Assembly (NCBI GenBank): GCA_963825055.1
Contig: CAWGSK010000007.1
Span: 128,001-192,000, forward strand
Length of the DNA stretch: 64,000 nucleotides
From: an uncultured Gemmatimonadales bacterium
Lineage (GTDB): Bacteria; Gemmatimonadota; Gemmatimonadetes; Gemmatimonadales; GWC2-71-9
Reading direction: 5' to 3'
Translations under genes and position numbers: made by a program
Shown here: piece after piece, positions 32,097 to 41,090 of the stretch
How the letters are laid out: each line of letters starts with the position of its first letter
Position numbering within the stretch: the stretch's first letter is position 1
The notes under the pieces: generated by a model
Database searches by the model: none
What the model was told of the DNA's origin: nothing
Seen by the model: only the letters and a program-made list of their open reading frames with translations

Positions 32097-33188
32097 CTAG
32101 AAATGCACCGTCATGGCGCTGCGGACACCGCTGATTGCCTGGGCGCCCGGGGCCTGGAACCCCTGCCGCTCATAGGCGACGCGGAACTGGGCGTTCTTTG
32201 ACAGGTAGAAGTTCACGCCCGCGGTCACGATCGTGGTGCCGTTATCCGACACGTCCGTGTCGGGATCCGAGAAGTCGAACCGGACCGCGGGCTCCACCGC
32301 GTAGAGCCAGGCGTCGGGCCGGGTCATCCGGATGTGCCACGCGCCGACCAGCGAGAGGCCGCGCAGGCCCGCCTTTGCCGCGGTTGCGTCCTCGCCCCAC
32401 ATGTAGTCCCCCACCAGGTACAGGCCGGGGTCGCCGACCTTGCCCCACTGCGCGTCGATCCCGTAGGCCATGTTGGTGAAGGAGGAGTCCGGCGTTCCGC
32501 CGACGTCCACAATCCCGTCATGAGAGAAGAGCGCCCCGCCGACGTTCAGGCCGGGCACCACGTCCACCGTCGCGCGGACGCCGAAGGACTTGCTGGCATT
32601 CACGTCCGCCTTCGTCTCGCCCTCGCCGTTGTACACCCCGCCCTGGATGAACAGGCCACGGGTGTCGTCGAGCTTCGTCTGGAACCGGAGCGCGGCCCCG
32701 ATGTCGTGCGAGATGAAGCCGTTCCCGCCGAACAGGTCGTTCGAGGAGGCCTTGACCAGGCCCGGGCCGGCCCCACGCTCGATGGAGGGCAGGTTGTTCG
32801 AACTCGTCAGCTCATAGCGGCCGAACGGGCGCTTCTCCTGGCCCGCCCGCAGGGTCAGGGTCGTCTTCGAACCGGGACGGCTCAGCAGCACGTCGACGAA
32901 CGCATCCCGCAGCCGGAGCCGCCGGGAGCCGTCCTCGAAGGAAGGCTGCACGATGAGGTAGATCCGGTCGGTCAGCCAGCCGTCCACCTGGATCCGCGCG
33001 CGGCGGAGCAGGAACTCGCTCTTGGGGCCAGTGCCGGCGTAATCACTGTTGTCGAAGTAGTAGAACTGCTCCTGCAGCCGGCCGGCCACTTTCATCTGGG
33101 GATATGTGGCCTGGGCGGCGAGATGCGCGGCGGGTACGGCCAGGAGAACCGCCGACACCAGCATGGAGAGTCGCAGCAGACGGGGCAT
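32097..33188 (-). CDS. Phosphate-selective porin (OprO/OprP-like)
   Basis: Signal peptide, FLLRRARI, LRDAF, GQEKRPF, C-terminal Phe; position in pst cluster. Confidence 0.85.
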   Translation of the reverse strand: MPRLLRLSMLVSAVLLAVPAAHLAAQATYPQMKVAGRLQEQFYYFDNSDYAGTGPKSEFLLRRARIQVDGWLTDRIYLIVQPSFEDGSRRLRLRDAFVDVLLSRPGSKTTLTLRAGQEKRPFGRYELTSSNNLPSIERGAGPGLVKASSNDLFGGNGFISHDIGAALRFQTKLDDTRGLFIQGGVYNGEGETKADVNASKSFGVRATVDVVPGLNVGGALFSHDGIVDVGGTPDSSFTNMAYGIDAQWGKVGDPGLYLVGDYMWGEDATAAKAGLRGLSLVGAWHIRMTRPDAWLYAVEPAVRFDFSDPDTDVSDNGTTIVTAGVNFYLSKNAQFRVAYERQGFQAPGAQAISGVRSAMTVHF

Positions 33189-33280
33189 GTGCCTTCCGTG
33201 TCAGTGTGGAACCAGGTGTATCACGGCCGGCGTCGTCCGGTCGTGAGCGAATCGTCACAGGACAATGGAACGACCGTCCA

Positions 33281-33318
33281 GTCACGGAGGCCTGACGCTT
33301 CGGTCACGGAATGGTAAC
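33281..33318. promoter_or_regulatory. PHO-box-like array upstream of porin
   Basis: GTCAC/CTGAC/GTCAC/GTAAC at 33281, 33292, 33303, 33314. Confidence 0.72.
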
Positions 33319-33322
33319 AGGG

Positions 33323-33385
33323 GGCAGGAGGTCGGGAGGTCGGGAGGTCGAGGGCCGGGAGGTCGAGGACTCGGGAGGTTGAGAT
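33323..33385 (+). repeat. Octamer tandem array GTCGGGAG-like, about 8 units
   Basis: ggcaggag gtcgggag gtcgggag gtcgagg gccgggag gtcgagga ctcgggag gttgagat. Confidence 0.85.
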
Positions 33386-33391
33386 GCGTCG

Positions 33392-33754
33392 TCAGCGTGT
33401 GCTGTCGGGCAGCCCGCGGAAGGGGTCCTGGAAGATTTCCTCGTCGGTCGCCACGAAGCGCTGGAGCGGATGGCTCCGGAGCTGGACCAGGAGATCCCCG
33501 GGCAGCGCGATGATCTCGATCGTCAGCCGCTCCCTGACCTCCGCGTCACGACAAAGGAGCCAGAGGAGTGCGGCGCCCACCGGGTCGATCCGCCGGGTGT
33601 GTGAGGCGTCCAGCGTCAGGCGGGTCAGGGCGGCCTGCCCGTCCAGGGTCGCTCGAAGCCGGCGTACCAGGCGTGGTTCGACTTCGGCAGGCAGAACGAG
33701 ATGGAGATGCTCCCCGCTGTTGGCGGGTCTGGCGGCAAGGATCGCGTCGGTCAT
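33392..33754 (-). CDS. Small STAS/MlaB-like hypothetical protein
   Basis: LTLDASHTRRIDPVGAALL resembles STAS lDls.v..iDs.gl; alternative TTG start at 33823. Confidence 0.6.
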   Translation of the reverse strand: MTDAILAARPANSGEHLHLVLPAEVEPRLVRRLRATLDGQAALTRLTLDASHTRRIDPVGAALLWLLCRDAEVRERLTIEIIALPGDLLVQLRSHPLQRFVATDEEIFQDPFRGLPDSTR

Positions 33755-33819
33755 GGGCTCAACGGAAACCCCGCCCGGCCACGAAATGGCGGGCGGGGCG
33801 TAACGACCTCGCAACGACC

Positions 33820-35538
33820 TCAATCCGTCGGGGACGCCATCGGGAACCAGACGCTGATCCGGGTGCCTTCCCCGAGTGTGCTGGACGCGGAGACCCGGCC
33901 CCCGTGGCTCTCCATCAGGTGCCGCACGATGGCGAGCCCGAGGCCCGTGCCGCCTTCGTCCCGGGAGCGGGAGGGATCGGCGCGGTAGAAGCGCTCGAAG
34001 ATGCGCGGCAGGTGCTCCCGCGGAATGCCGGGCCCGGTGTCGGCGACGGTAAGCGACAGCCCGCCCCCCTCGGATCGCGCTTCCACCGTGATGCCTGAGC
34101 CGTCCGGCGCGTACCGGAGGGCGTTCTCCAACAGGTTCCGCAGCACCTGGTCAAGCGCGCCGGAATCCGCGGTGATCTCCCGGGCATCCGGCATGAGGTC
34201 GGTCTCGAGCGTGACCCCGCGGCGCAACGCCCGCTCCGCGAGCGGGGTCCAGGCCTCGCGGATGGCCGTGCCGAGGTCAAAGCGCTCTCGCTCGGGACGC
34301 CAGGTGCCGGCCTCGATCCGGGACAGGTCCAGCAGGCTGTCCACCAGTCGCTGCATCCGCCGCGCGTTGTCCATGATCACGCCGAGGAAGCGGGCCGTGG
34401 TGGCCTGGTCGGGCTGGTCCGACATCAGCGTTTCCGCGTAACCGGAGATGGAGGTCAGCGGGGTCTTGAGCTCATGGGAGACATTCGCGACGAAATCCCG
34501 GCGGACCGTCTCCAGGCGGCGGATTTCGGTCAGGTCGTGCAGGACGACCACCGCGCCGCCGCTCGGCAGGGAACGCGCGTTGATCAGGATCGTCTTGCCG
34601 TCCATCTCCACTTCGCGCCCCATCGTCGAATCACCGGCGATGACTTCGTCCATGACGGACCGGGCGGCCTTGGCGCGGAAGAGATGGGGAAGGTCCGGGA
34701 AGGACGCGTCGGGCTCGTAGCCGAGCAGACGACGGGCGGCGGAGTTCGCGATCACGATCCGGCCTTTCGGGTCGGCCGCGAGCACGCCCTCCACCATCGA
34801 TTCCACCAGCGCCGCCGTCTCGGCCTGCTCCCGGCGGATCGCCTCGAACCGGTCATCCAGCTGGACGTGCATCTGCCGGAGCGCGCGGACCAGCGTGTCA
34901 ATCTCCGGGATGCCGGAACGGGGGAAGCGGGGTGGCGTGCCGGCCGCGATCGCGCGGGCCGAGCCGGCGATGGCGATGAGGGGACGGGCGACGGACCGCC
35001 CGGCGATCACCGCGATGATAATACCGATCGCGAGGGCGACCAGCGAGGCGGCGAAGACCGACTGGTGGGCCTGGCGGATCATGGCGTCGGCGAGGCCGAG
35101 CCCGGCCGCGACCCGCACCACGCCCGGTCCGCCCGGGACCGCGACGTACACGAAGTCCTGGCCTACCGTCACGCTGTGGCGGCGGGCGGACCCATGCATG
35201 CCGGCGAGGGCGCTGTCGACCTCCGGACGCCCCCGGTGGTTCTCGACCGACCCGAGCGCGGCGGCGGGAACGTCACTGTCCGCGACCACCACGCCGGCGG
35301 TATCGATCAGGGTGATGCGGCGGCGGTTCTCGTGCGCGAGGCGGGTAACGAATGACTGCCACGCCTCCGGCGCCGGGGGAAGCGCCTCGCGGGCCAGGCT
35401 CGCCTCACGCTGCAGCTCCTGGCGGAGGTCGTCGGCCAGTGCGCCGCGGAGCGACCAGCCCGACACCCAGACCAGGACCGCAGTCGTGATGACCAGGACG
35501 AGAACCGTCCCGAGGACCAGCCGGGTGGCGAACCTCAC
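33820..35538 (-). CDS. phoR: Phosphate regulon sensor histidine kinase
   Basis: HAMP and PAS regions, FVANVSHELKTPLT, NLLENA, RIFERFYR, GTGLGL. Confidence 0.92.
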   Translation of the reverse strand: MRFATRLVLGTVLVLVITTAVLVWVSGWSLRGALADDLRQELQREASLAREALPPAPEAWQSFVTRLAHENRRRITLIDTAGVVVADSDVPAAALGSVENHRGRPEVDSALAGMHGSARRHSVTVGQDFVYVAVPGGPGVVRVAAGLGLADAMIRQAHQSVFAASLVALAIGIIIAVIAGRSVARPLIAIAGSARAIAAGTPPRFPRSGIPEIDTLVRALRQMHVQLDDRFEAIRREQAETAALVESMVEGVLAADPKGRIVIANSAARRLLGYEPDASFPDLPHLFRAKAARSVMDEVIAGDSTMGREVEMDGKTILINARSLPSGGAVVVLHDLTEIRRLETVRRDFVANVSHELKTPLTSISGYAETLMSDQPDQATTARFLGVIMDNARRMQRLVDSLLDLSRIEAGTWRPERERFDLGTAIREAWTPLAERALRRGVTLETDLMPDAREITADSGALDQVLRNLLENALRYAPDGSGITVEARSEGGGLSLTVADTGPGIPREHLPRIFERFYRADPSRSRDEGGTGLGLAIVRHLMESHGGRVSASSTLGEGTRISVWFPMASPTD

Positions 35539-36242
35539 CGTCGGGTCGTCGCCCGCTCCGCCCCGCGGAAACGGTAGCCGAAGCCACGAACGGTTTCGAT
35601 CAGGTCACCGTCCGCCCCAAGCTTGGACCGCAGCCGCTGGATGTGCATGTCCACCGTCCGCGTCTGGATGTCCGGTTGTGCGTCCCACACCGTCTCCAGG
35701 AGTTGCGGACGTGACTGCACACGCCCCCGGCGCTCCATGAGCGTATGGAGCAGGCGGTACTCGGTGGCGGTGAGGTCGAGTTCCTCGCCGCGCAGCGTGA
35801 CACGGTGGGAACCCCGGTCCAGGGAGACGGGGCCCGCTGACAGGAGTGAACCACTCGACACGGCAGGCGAGCCGAGCCGGCGGAGCAGTGCGTTGACCCG
35901 GAGCGTCAGCTCCTGGGGAGAGAACGGCTTGACCATGTAGTCATCCGCGCCCAGGGAGAGGCCGCGGATCCGGTCCGGTTCCTCGCGCCGCGCCGTCAGC
36001 AGGATGACCCCGACCTCCCGGGTCTCGTCGATGCGGCGCAGGTCCGCCAGGACGTCGTAGCCCGAGACGCCGGGCAGCATGACATCCAGCACGACTACGT
36101 CGGGGCGCTCTTCCCGGGCGGCCTTGAGGGCTTCCGGGCCGCTGGCCGCTGTGGAGACACGGTAGCCCGCCTTCGCCAGATGGTAGGCGACCAGTGCGGT
36201 GATATCGGGTTCGTCGTCCACAACGAGCACGCGATGACTCAT
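35535..36242 (-). CDS. phoB: Phosphate regulon response regulator (OmpR family)
   Basis: Receiver domain plus wHTH TRTVDMHIQRLR, TVRGFGY; cluster context. Confidence 0.92.
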   Translation of the reverse strand: MSHRVLVVDDEPDITALVAYHLAKAGYRVSTAASGPEALKAAREERPDVVVLDVMLPGVSGYDVLADLRRIDETREVGVILLTARREEPDRIRGLSLGADDYMVKPFSPQELTLRVNALLRRLGSPAVSSGSLLSAGPVSLDRGSHRVTLRGEELDLTATEYRLLHTLMERRGRVQSRPQLLETVWDAQPDIQTRTVDMHIQRLRSKLGADGDLIETVRGFGYRFRGAERATTRR

Positions 36243-36261
36243 GCGATGCTTCTCCTCAGGT

Positions 36262-36639
36262 TCAACGGACCACGGCGGCGGATCCGCCGATCGCCGCCAG
36301 GCGGTTTCGGGTACTCGACCGGCTCACCGAGACCGCCTCCTCGCGGTCCCGGCGGTACTGCTCCTCGTCCGCGATGCCGTCCAGGACTGCCCGGAGCAGC
36401 CGGCCCGAGGCGTCGGCGCGGCGCTGCAGCCGGTACAGGACGAACTGGGCGATCGGCGTGTCCCGCACGATTCCCGCGGCCCGGAGCACCGCCAGGTGCC
36501 GGGAAACGGTGGGCTGGGGAATCTCCAGGATGGCCTGCAGGTCGGACACGAACAGCGGCGCGGCGGCCAGGCAGTTCAGGATCCGGAGCCGCGTGGGTTC
36601 GGCGACCGTCAGGAGGAGGGATGCAGGAGTGTCGCTCAT
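36262..36639 (-). CDS. ArsR/SmtB family transcriptional regulator
   Basis: EPTRLRIL, QPTVSRHLAVLRAAGIV. Confidence 0.9.
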   Translation of the reverse strand: MSDTPASLLLTVAEPTRLRILNCLAAAPLFVSDLQAILEIPQPTVSRHLAVLRAAGIVRDTPIAQFVLYRLQRRADASGRLLRAVLDGIADEEQYRRDREEAVSVSRSSTRNRLAAIGGSAAVVR

Positions 36640-36657
36640 ATGCGTCTTGCCGAATAT
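36638..36657. promoter_or_regulatory. Putative ArsR operator palindrome overlapping its start codon
   Basis: ATATGCG-N6-CGAATAT (one mismatch). Confidence 0.5.
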
Positions 36658-36718
36658 ACACTGGCTCAGGCCGGTGGGAAGCCGTCGGCTCCGGTCCTCC
36701 GGTCCTTATATTCTGCCC

Positions 36719-39700
36719 ATGCTCCTCACCCTCCTTCTGGCGGGCGCGCTGGCGCTGCCGCTCCAGGACACCACCGCACATCTCGTGGTGGTGAGCACCA
36801 CGGACGTCCACGGCCACGCCACCGCGTGGGACTACCTGAACGACCGTCCCTTCCCCGGCGGGCTCACGCGTGCCGCCACCGTGGTGGACTCCCTGCGCCG
36901 TGCGTGGCCCGGCCAGGTGGTGCTGGTGGACGCCGGCGACCTGATCCAGGGCGAACCGTTTGCGGCCTACCTCGCGCAGGAGAAGCCACGCGACCCGCAT
37001 CCGGTGCTGGACGTGATGGGTGCAATGGGCTACGACGCGGCGACGCCCGGGAACCACGAGTTCAACTTCGGGCTGCCCTTCATGCAGCGCGCACTTTCCG
37101 CGGCCCGCTTTCCCTATGTGAGTGCGAACGTGCGCGCGGGGGCACGGGACTCCCTGATGTTCGAGCCCTGGGTGGTGGTGCAACGCGCAGGTGTCAGGGT
37201 CGGGATTACGGGATTCACCACGCCGGGGGTCATGGTGTGGGACCGGGAGAACGTGCGGGGCCGCGCCTCGGTGGGCCGGATCCTGCCCGCCGCACGGCGC
37301 GTGCTTCCGGAGATGCGGGCCGGTGCCGACGTGGTGATCGCGCTCGTCCATTCCGGTATGGCCGAGGCCTCCTCCTACGATACGACGGGCGTGGGGCTGG
37401 AGAACACCGCGCAGGCGCTTGCCACCACGGCTTCACCGCCAGACCTGGTGATTGTCGGACATACGCACCGGGAAATGGTGGACTCCGTCGTCGGCGGGGT
37501 GCATTTCGTCCAGCCGAGGCCGTATGCGGAGAGTGTCTCGGTCGTGCACCTCGAGCTTGCGCGCCGCGACGGTCGCTGGGTCGTCACTTCGATCCGGGGC
37601 CAGGCCGTCCCGCTGGCCGGGGTCCCGCCCCTCCCGGCGCTGGTCCGTCGGCTCGCGCCGCTACAGGCGGAAGTGCGGGCCTGGGCGACGCAACCGATCG
37701 CGAGCGCCTTCGGGGACATGCCCGCCCGTTATGGGCGGGCCGGGCCCACGGGCGTGGTGAACTTCGTGAACGAAGTTCAGCGGCGGCAGGCCGGGGCACA
37801 GCTTTCCTCGACACCCGTGTTCAACACGTCAGCCGGTTTCCCGCGGGGCGAGATCCGGCTGGCCGACGTGGCCGCGATCTATCCGTACGAAAACACGCTC
37901 CGCGCCATCCGCATCTCGGGCGCCCAGCTCAGGGCGTACCTCGAGCAGAGCGCCCGCTACTTCACCGTGAGTCCGGAGGGCAGGGTCGGGCTCAATCCGG
38001 AGATCCCGGGGTACGACTTCGACATCATGAGCGGGGTGGAGTACGCCATCGACCTGCGTTATCCCCCCGGGGACCGGATCCGCGGGCTGACGGTGGGCGG
38101 CAGGCCGGTAGTACCGGGCGACAGCTTCACGCTTGCCCTCAACAGCTACCGCCAGGCCGGAGGTGGCGGCTATGCGATGCTCAAGGATGCGCCCGTCGTG
38201 TACGACAGGGGTGAGAACATCCGCGACCTGCTCATCGCCGCGGTGAAGGACCGCCAGATCCTCCGGCCGGAAGACTACGCGGCGGCCAACTGGCGCATCG
38301 TCCCGGTCGAAGCCGAGGCGCAGGTGAGGGCCCTGTTCGGGGAGGAAGCCCGCCGCGCCGTGCGTGCCCCGGCGCCGCGGGACAGCATCGAGGTGCGGCT
38401 GATCGCGCTCAACGATTTCCACGGCGCCCTCCACCCGCGGGTGGAGGAATGGTCCGGCGGGGAGCCCGTCGGCGGTGCCGCGCGGGTGCAGTCAGTGATG
38501 GACTCCGTGGCCGGGGCGTGCCGGTGCGCCACGCTCCGTCTCGACGCGGGCGACGGGATGCAGGGCTCCCTCCCGTCCAACCTGGTCCACGGCCGCTCCA
38601 CCATCGAGGTGATGAACCGGCTCGGGATCAGGGCTGCCGCGGTCGGCAACCACGACTTCGACTGGTCGGTGGACACGCTGCGGCAGCGGATGGCGGAATC
38701 GCGGTACCCCTGGCTGAGCGCCAACCTGGTCGATTCCGTGACCGGCCGCTCTCCCGCCTGGGTCCAGCCCTGGGTCATGCTCGACGCGGGTGGAACCAGT
38801 GTGGGGGTCATCGGGTACAGCAGCCCGGGAACGAAGGCAATCGTGCGGCAGGGGTTGCTCGCGGGCCTCGAGTTCCGGGGGCCGGACGGCCTCGCCGGGC
38901 CGCTGGCCGCCCTCCGGGCGAGGAAGCCCGACGTCGTGGTCGTGCTCGCGCACGCCGGTGGCCGCTGCAATGCGCAGGCCTGCGCGGGCGAGGTCATCGA
39001 CCTCGCCCGGGCGCTTCCCCCCGGTTCGGTCGACCTGATCCTGGGGGGTCACGTGCACGAGCCGCTCGATACGCTCGTCAACGGGATACGCATCGTGCAG
39101 GGCAGGCCCCGGGGTGGTGCCGTGACGGTGGTGGACATCCTCCGCACACCGGTCGGCGCGAGGGAAGTGCACGCCCGCCTGGTTCCCGTGACCGGAGGTG
39201 TGACTCCCGACAGCGGGATGGCGGCGCTCGTGGCGGAGTACGACAGCCGGACCGGGGCCGTGGCGGGGCGCGAAGTGGCCCGGATCCGCTTTCCACTCGA
39301 GCGGACCGGCCGGCAGCATCCGCTCGGGCTCCTCGTGGCCGAGTCGTTCCGTACGGCGCTCCGGACGGACGTGGGCCTCGTGAACAACGGCGCCCTCCAG
39401 GCCGGGCTCACCTCGGGTCCGGTGACCTGGTCGCAGGTCTATGAGGTCCAGCCGTTCCAGAACCAGCTGATGCGCGTCACGCTGAGCGGTGACCAGCTTG
39501 AGGCGCTGGTCGAGTCGCTGCTCGCGGACGGCGAGCCGAAGTCGCACCTTGCGGGGCTCGAAGTGCGGTGGGATTCCACCCGTCCTGCGGGGCAGCGCGT
39601 GCGGGAGATCCGCATCCGGAACGGCAGCAGGATCGAGCGGAAGCGGCACTATACCCTGGCCCTGCCCGACTTCCTCCTGGGGGCGCAGGACGAATTTGCC

Positions 39701-39826
39701 CCACTGGCCGGACTGCCCGCGGAACCGGGCGGGGTGCTCGATGTGGATGCCCTGGTGCGCTATCTTGGCGCCCTGTCCCAGCCGGTCGATCCCCCGGCGT
39801 TCACCACGTTCATCCCGTCCCGGTAG
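36719..39826 (+). CDS. Exported nucleotidase with two tandem modules (2',3'-cyclic phosphodiesterase-like plus 5'-nucleotidase-like)
   Basis: Signal peptide; module 1 TDVHG, DAGD, GNHEF, GHTH, YPYEN; module 2 NDFHG, DAGD, GNHDF, GHVH, QPFQN. Confidence 0.9.
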   Translation: MLLTLLLAGALALPLQDTTAHLVVVSTTDVHGHATAWDYLNDRPFPGGLTRAATVVDSLRRAWPGQVVLVDAGDLIQGEPFAAYLAQEKPRDPHPVLDVMGAMGYDAATPGNHEFNFGLPFMQRALSAARFPYVSANVRAGARDSLMFEPWVVVQRAGVRVGITGFTTPGVMVWDRENVRGRASVGRILPAARRVLPEMRAGADVVIALVHSGMAEASSYDTTGVGLENTAQALATTASPPDLVIVGHTHREMVDSVVGGVHFVQPRPYAESVSVVHLELARRDGRWVVTSIRGQAVPLAGVPPLPALVRRLAPLQAEVRAWATQPIASAFGDMPARYGRAGPTGVVNFVNEVQRRQAGAQLSSTPVFNTSAGFPRGEIRLADVAAIYPYENTLRAIRISGAQLRAYLEQSARYFTVSPEGRVGLNPEIPGYDFDIMSGVEYAIDLRYPPGDRIRGLTVGGRPVVPGDSFTLALNSYRQAGGGGYAMLKDAPVVYDRGENIRDLLIAAVKDRQILRPEDYAAANWRIVPVEAEAQVRALFGEEARRAVRAPAPRDSIEVRLIALNDFHGALHPRVEEWSGGEPVGGAARVQSVMDSVAGACRCATLRLDAGDGMQGSLPSNLVHGRSTIEVMNRLGIRAAAVGNHDFDWSVDTLRQRMAESRYPWLSANLVDSVTGRSPAWVQPWVMLDAGGTSVGVIGYSSPGTKAIVRQGLLAGLEFRGPDGLAGPLAALRARKPDVVVVLAHAGGRCNAQACAGEVIDLARALPPGSVDLILGGHVHEPLDTLVNGIRIVQGRPRGGAVTVVDILRTPVGAREVHARLVPVTGGVTPDSGMAALVAEYDSRTGAVAGREVARIRFPLERTGRQHPLGLLVAESFRTALRTDVGLVNNGALQAGLTSGPVTWSQVYEVQPFQNQLMRVTLSGDQLEALVESLLADGEPKSHLAGLEVRWDSTRPAGQRVREIRIRNGSRIERKRHYTLALPDFLLGAQDEFAPLAGLPAEPGGVLDVDALVRYLGALSQPVDPPAFTTFIPSR

Positions 39827-39841
39827 CAAGGACAATCCGGA

Positions 39842-40078
39842 ATGCGCGTCTTCGTTAATGAACAGTCTCTCGCCCTGCCAGATGGTGCCGACGCCGGCGC
39901 CGCGGTCGAGGCGTTCGATCCCGGTCTCGCCCGGCACGTCGCCGACGGGTCCGCCTACCTCACCGACGGCCGTGGCGTCCGGCTCGAGCCGGCTGCCGCG
40001 CTCACGCCGGGCGCCATCATCCGGGTGGTCAGGTCCAGCCGGCGGGCGGGCGGGGACGGGAACGATGCTGACGCGTGA
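39842..40078 (+). CDS. Small ThiS/MoaD-like (beta-grasp-like) hypothetical protein
   Basis: MRVFVNE start and LTPGAIIRVV end pattern; AGGA RBS; overlaps add start. Confidence 0.6.
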   Translation: MRVFVNEQSLALPDGADAGAAVEAFDPGLARHVADGSAYLTDGRGVRLEPAAALTPGAIIRVVRSSRRAGGDGNDADA

Positions 40079-41090
40079 CCTGATCCACCGGCTGCCCAAG
40101 GTCGAGCTGCACGTCCACCTCGACGGCTCGCTGCGGCCCGGGACGCTGGTGGACCTGGCCCGGGCCGCGAAGGTGGACCTGCCGACCTCGAATCCCGAAG
40201 CCCTCGCCCGCTACATGCTGGTGGACGACGCGCGCGACCTCGAGGACTACCTCCGCCGTTTCGACACCACCATCGCGGTACTCCAGACCCCGGAAAGCGT
40301 CGAGCGCGTGGCGTACGAAATGGTGGAGGACGCCGCGCGGGACAACATCCGGCATCTCGAGGTGCGCTACTGCCCGGAGTTGAGCACGCGCGGCGGCCTT
40401 TCCCTGGACGAGGTGCTCGAGGCCGAGCAGCGCGGGCTGTCGCGCGGACGGCACGATTTCGGGGTCAGCACGGGGATCATCAACTGTTCGCTCCGTCACT
40501 ACGATCCTGCCACGTCGGTGAAGATCGCGAAACGCTCGGTGGCCTTCCGTGACCGCGGGGTGGTCGCGGTGGACCTGGCGGGTGGCGAGGCCGGCCGTCC
40601 GCCCGGCGTGCACAAGGCGGCATTCGATATTGCGGCCGAGGGTTGCCTCGGGATCACGGTGCATGCGGGAGAAGCCGCCGGGGCAGGGTCGATCGCCGAC
40701 GCGCTTCACCACTGCCACGCGCAACGGATCGGCCACGGTACCCGCCTGCATGAGGACCCGGTCCTGCGCGACTTCCTGCGTGACCGCCGTATCCCGATCG
40801 AGATCAACATCACCAGCAACCTCCAGACCCGCGTGGTGCCGCACGCCTCCGCGCATCCGGTGCGCGACTATTTCGATCGCGGGCTGGTCGTCACGCTCTG
40901 TACTGACAGCTGGCTCATCAGCGGCACCTCCCTCACCCACGAGTACTGGCTGGCCCACTCCGAGCTCGGGTTTACCCGGGAGGAGATCGACCGCATGATC
41001 CTGTATGGCGCGGAGGCGGCGTTCCTGCCCTGGCCGGAGAAGCAGGACCTGGTTCGCCACATGCGGGACGAACTGGCGGCCATCGCATGA
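40065..41090 (+). CDS. add: Adenosine deaminase
   Basis: PKVELHVHLDGS, DLAGGE, HAGE, RIGHG. Confidence 0.93.
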   Translation: MLTRDLIHRLPKVELHVHLDGSLRPGTLVDLARAAKVDLPTSNPEALARYMLVDDARDLEDYLRRFDTTIAVLQTPESVERVAYEMVEDAARDNIRHLEVRYCPELSTRGGLSLDEVLEAEQRGLSRGRHDFGVSTGIINCSLRHYDPATSVKIAKRSVAFRDRGVVAVDLAGGEAGRPPGVHKAAFDIAAEGCLGITVHAGEAAGAGSIADALHHCHAQRIGHGTRLHEDPVLRDFLRDRRIPIEINITSNLQTRVVPHASAHPVRDYFDRGLVVTLCTDSWLISGTSLTHEYWLAHSELGFTREEIDRMILYGAEAAFLPWPEKQDLVRHMRDELAAIA

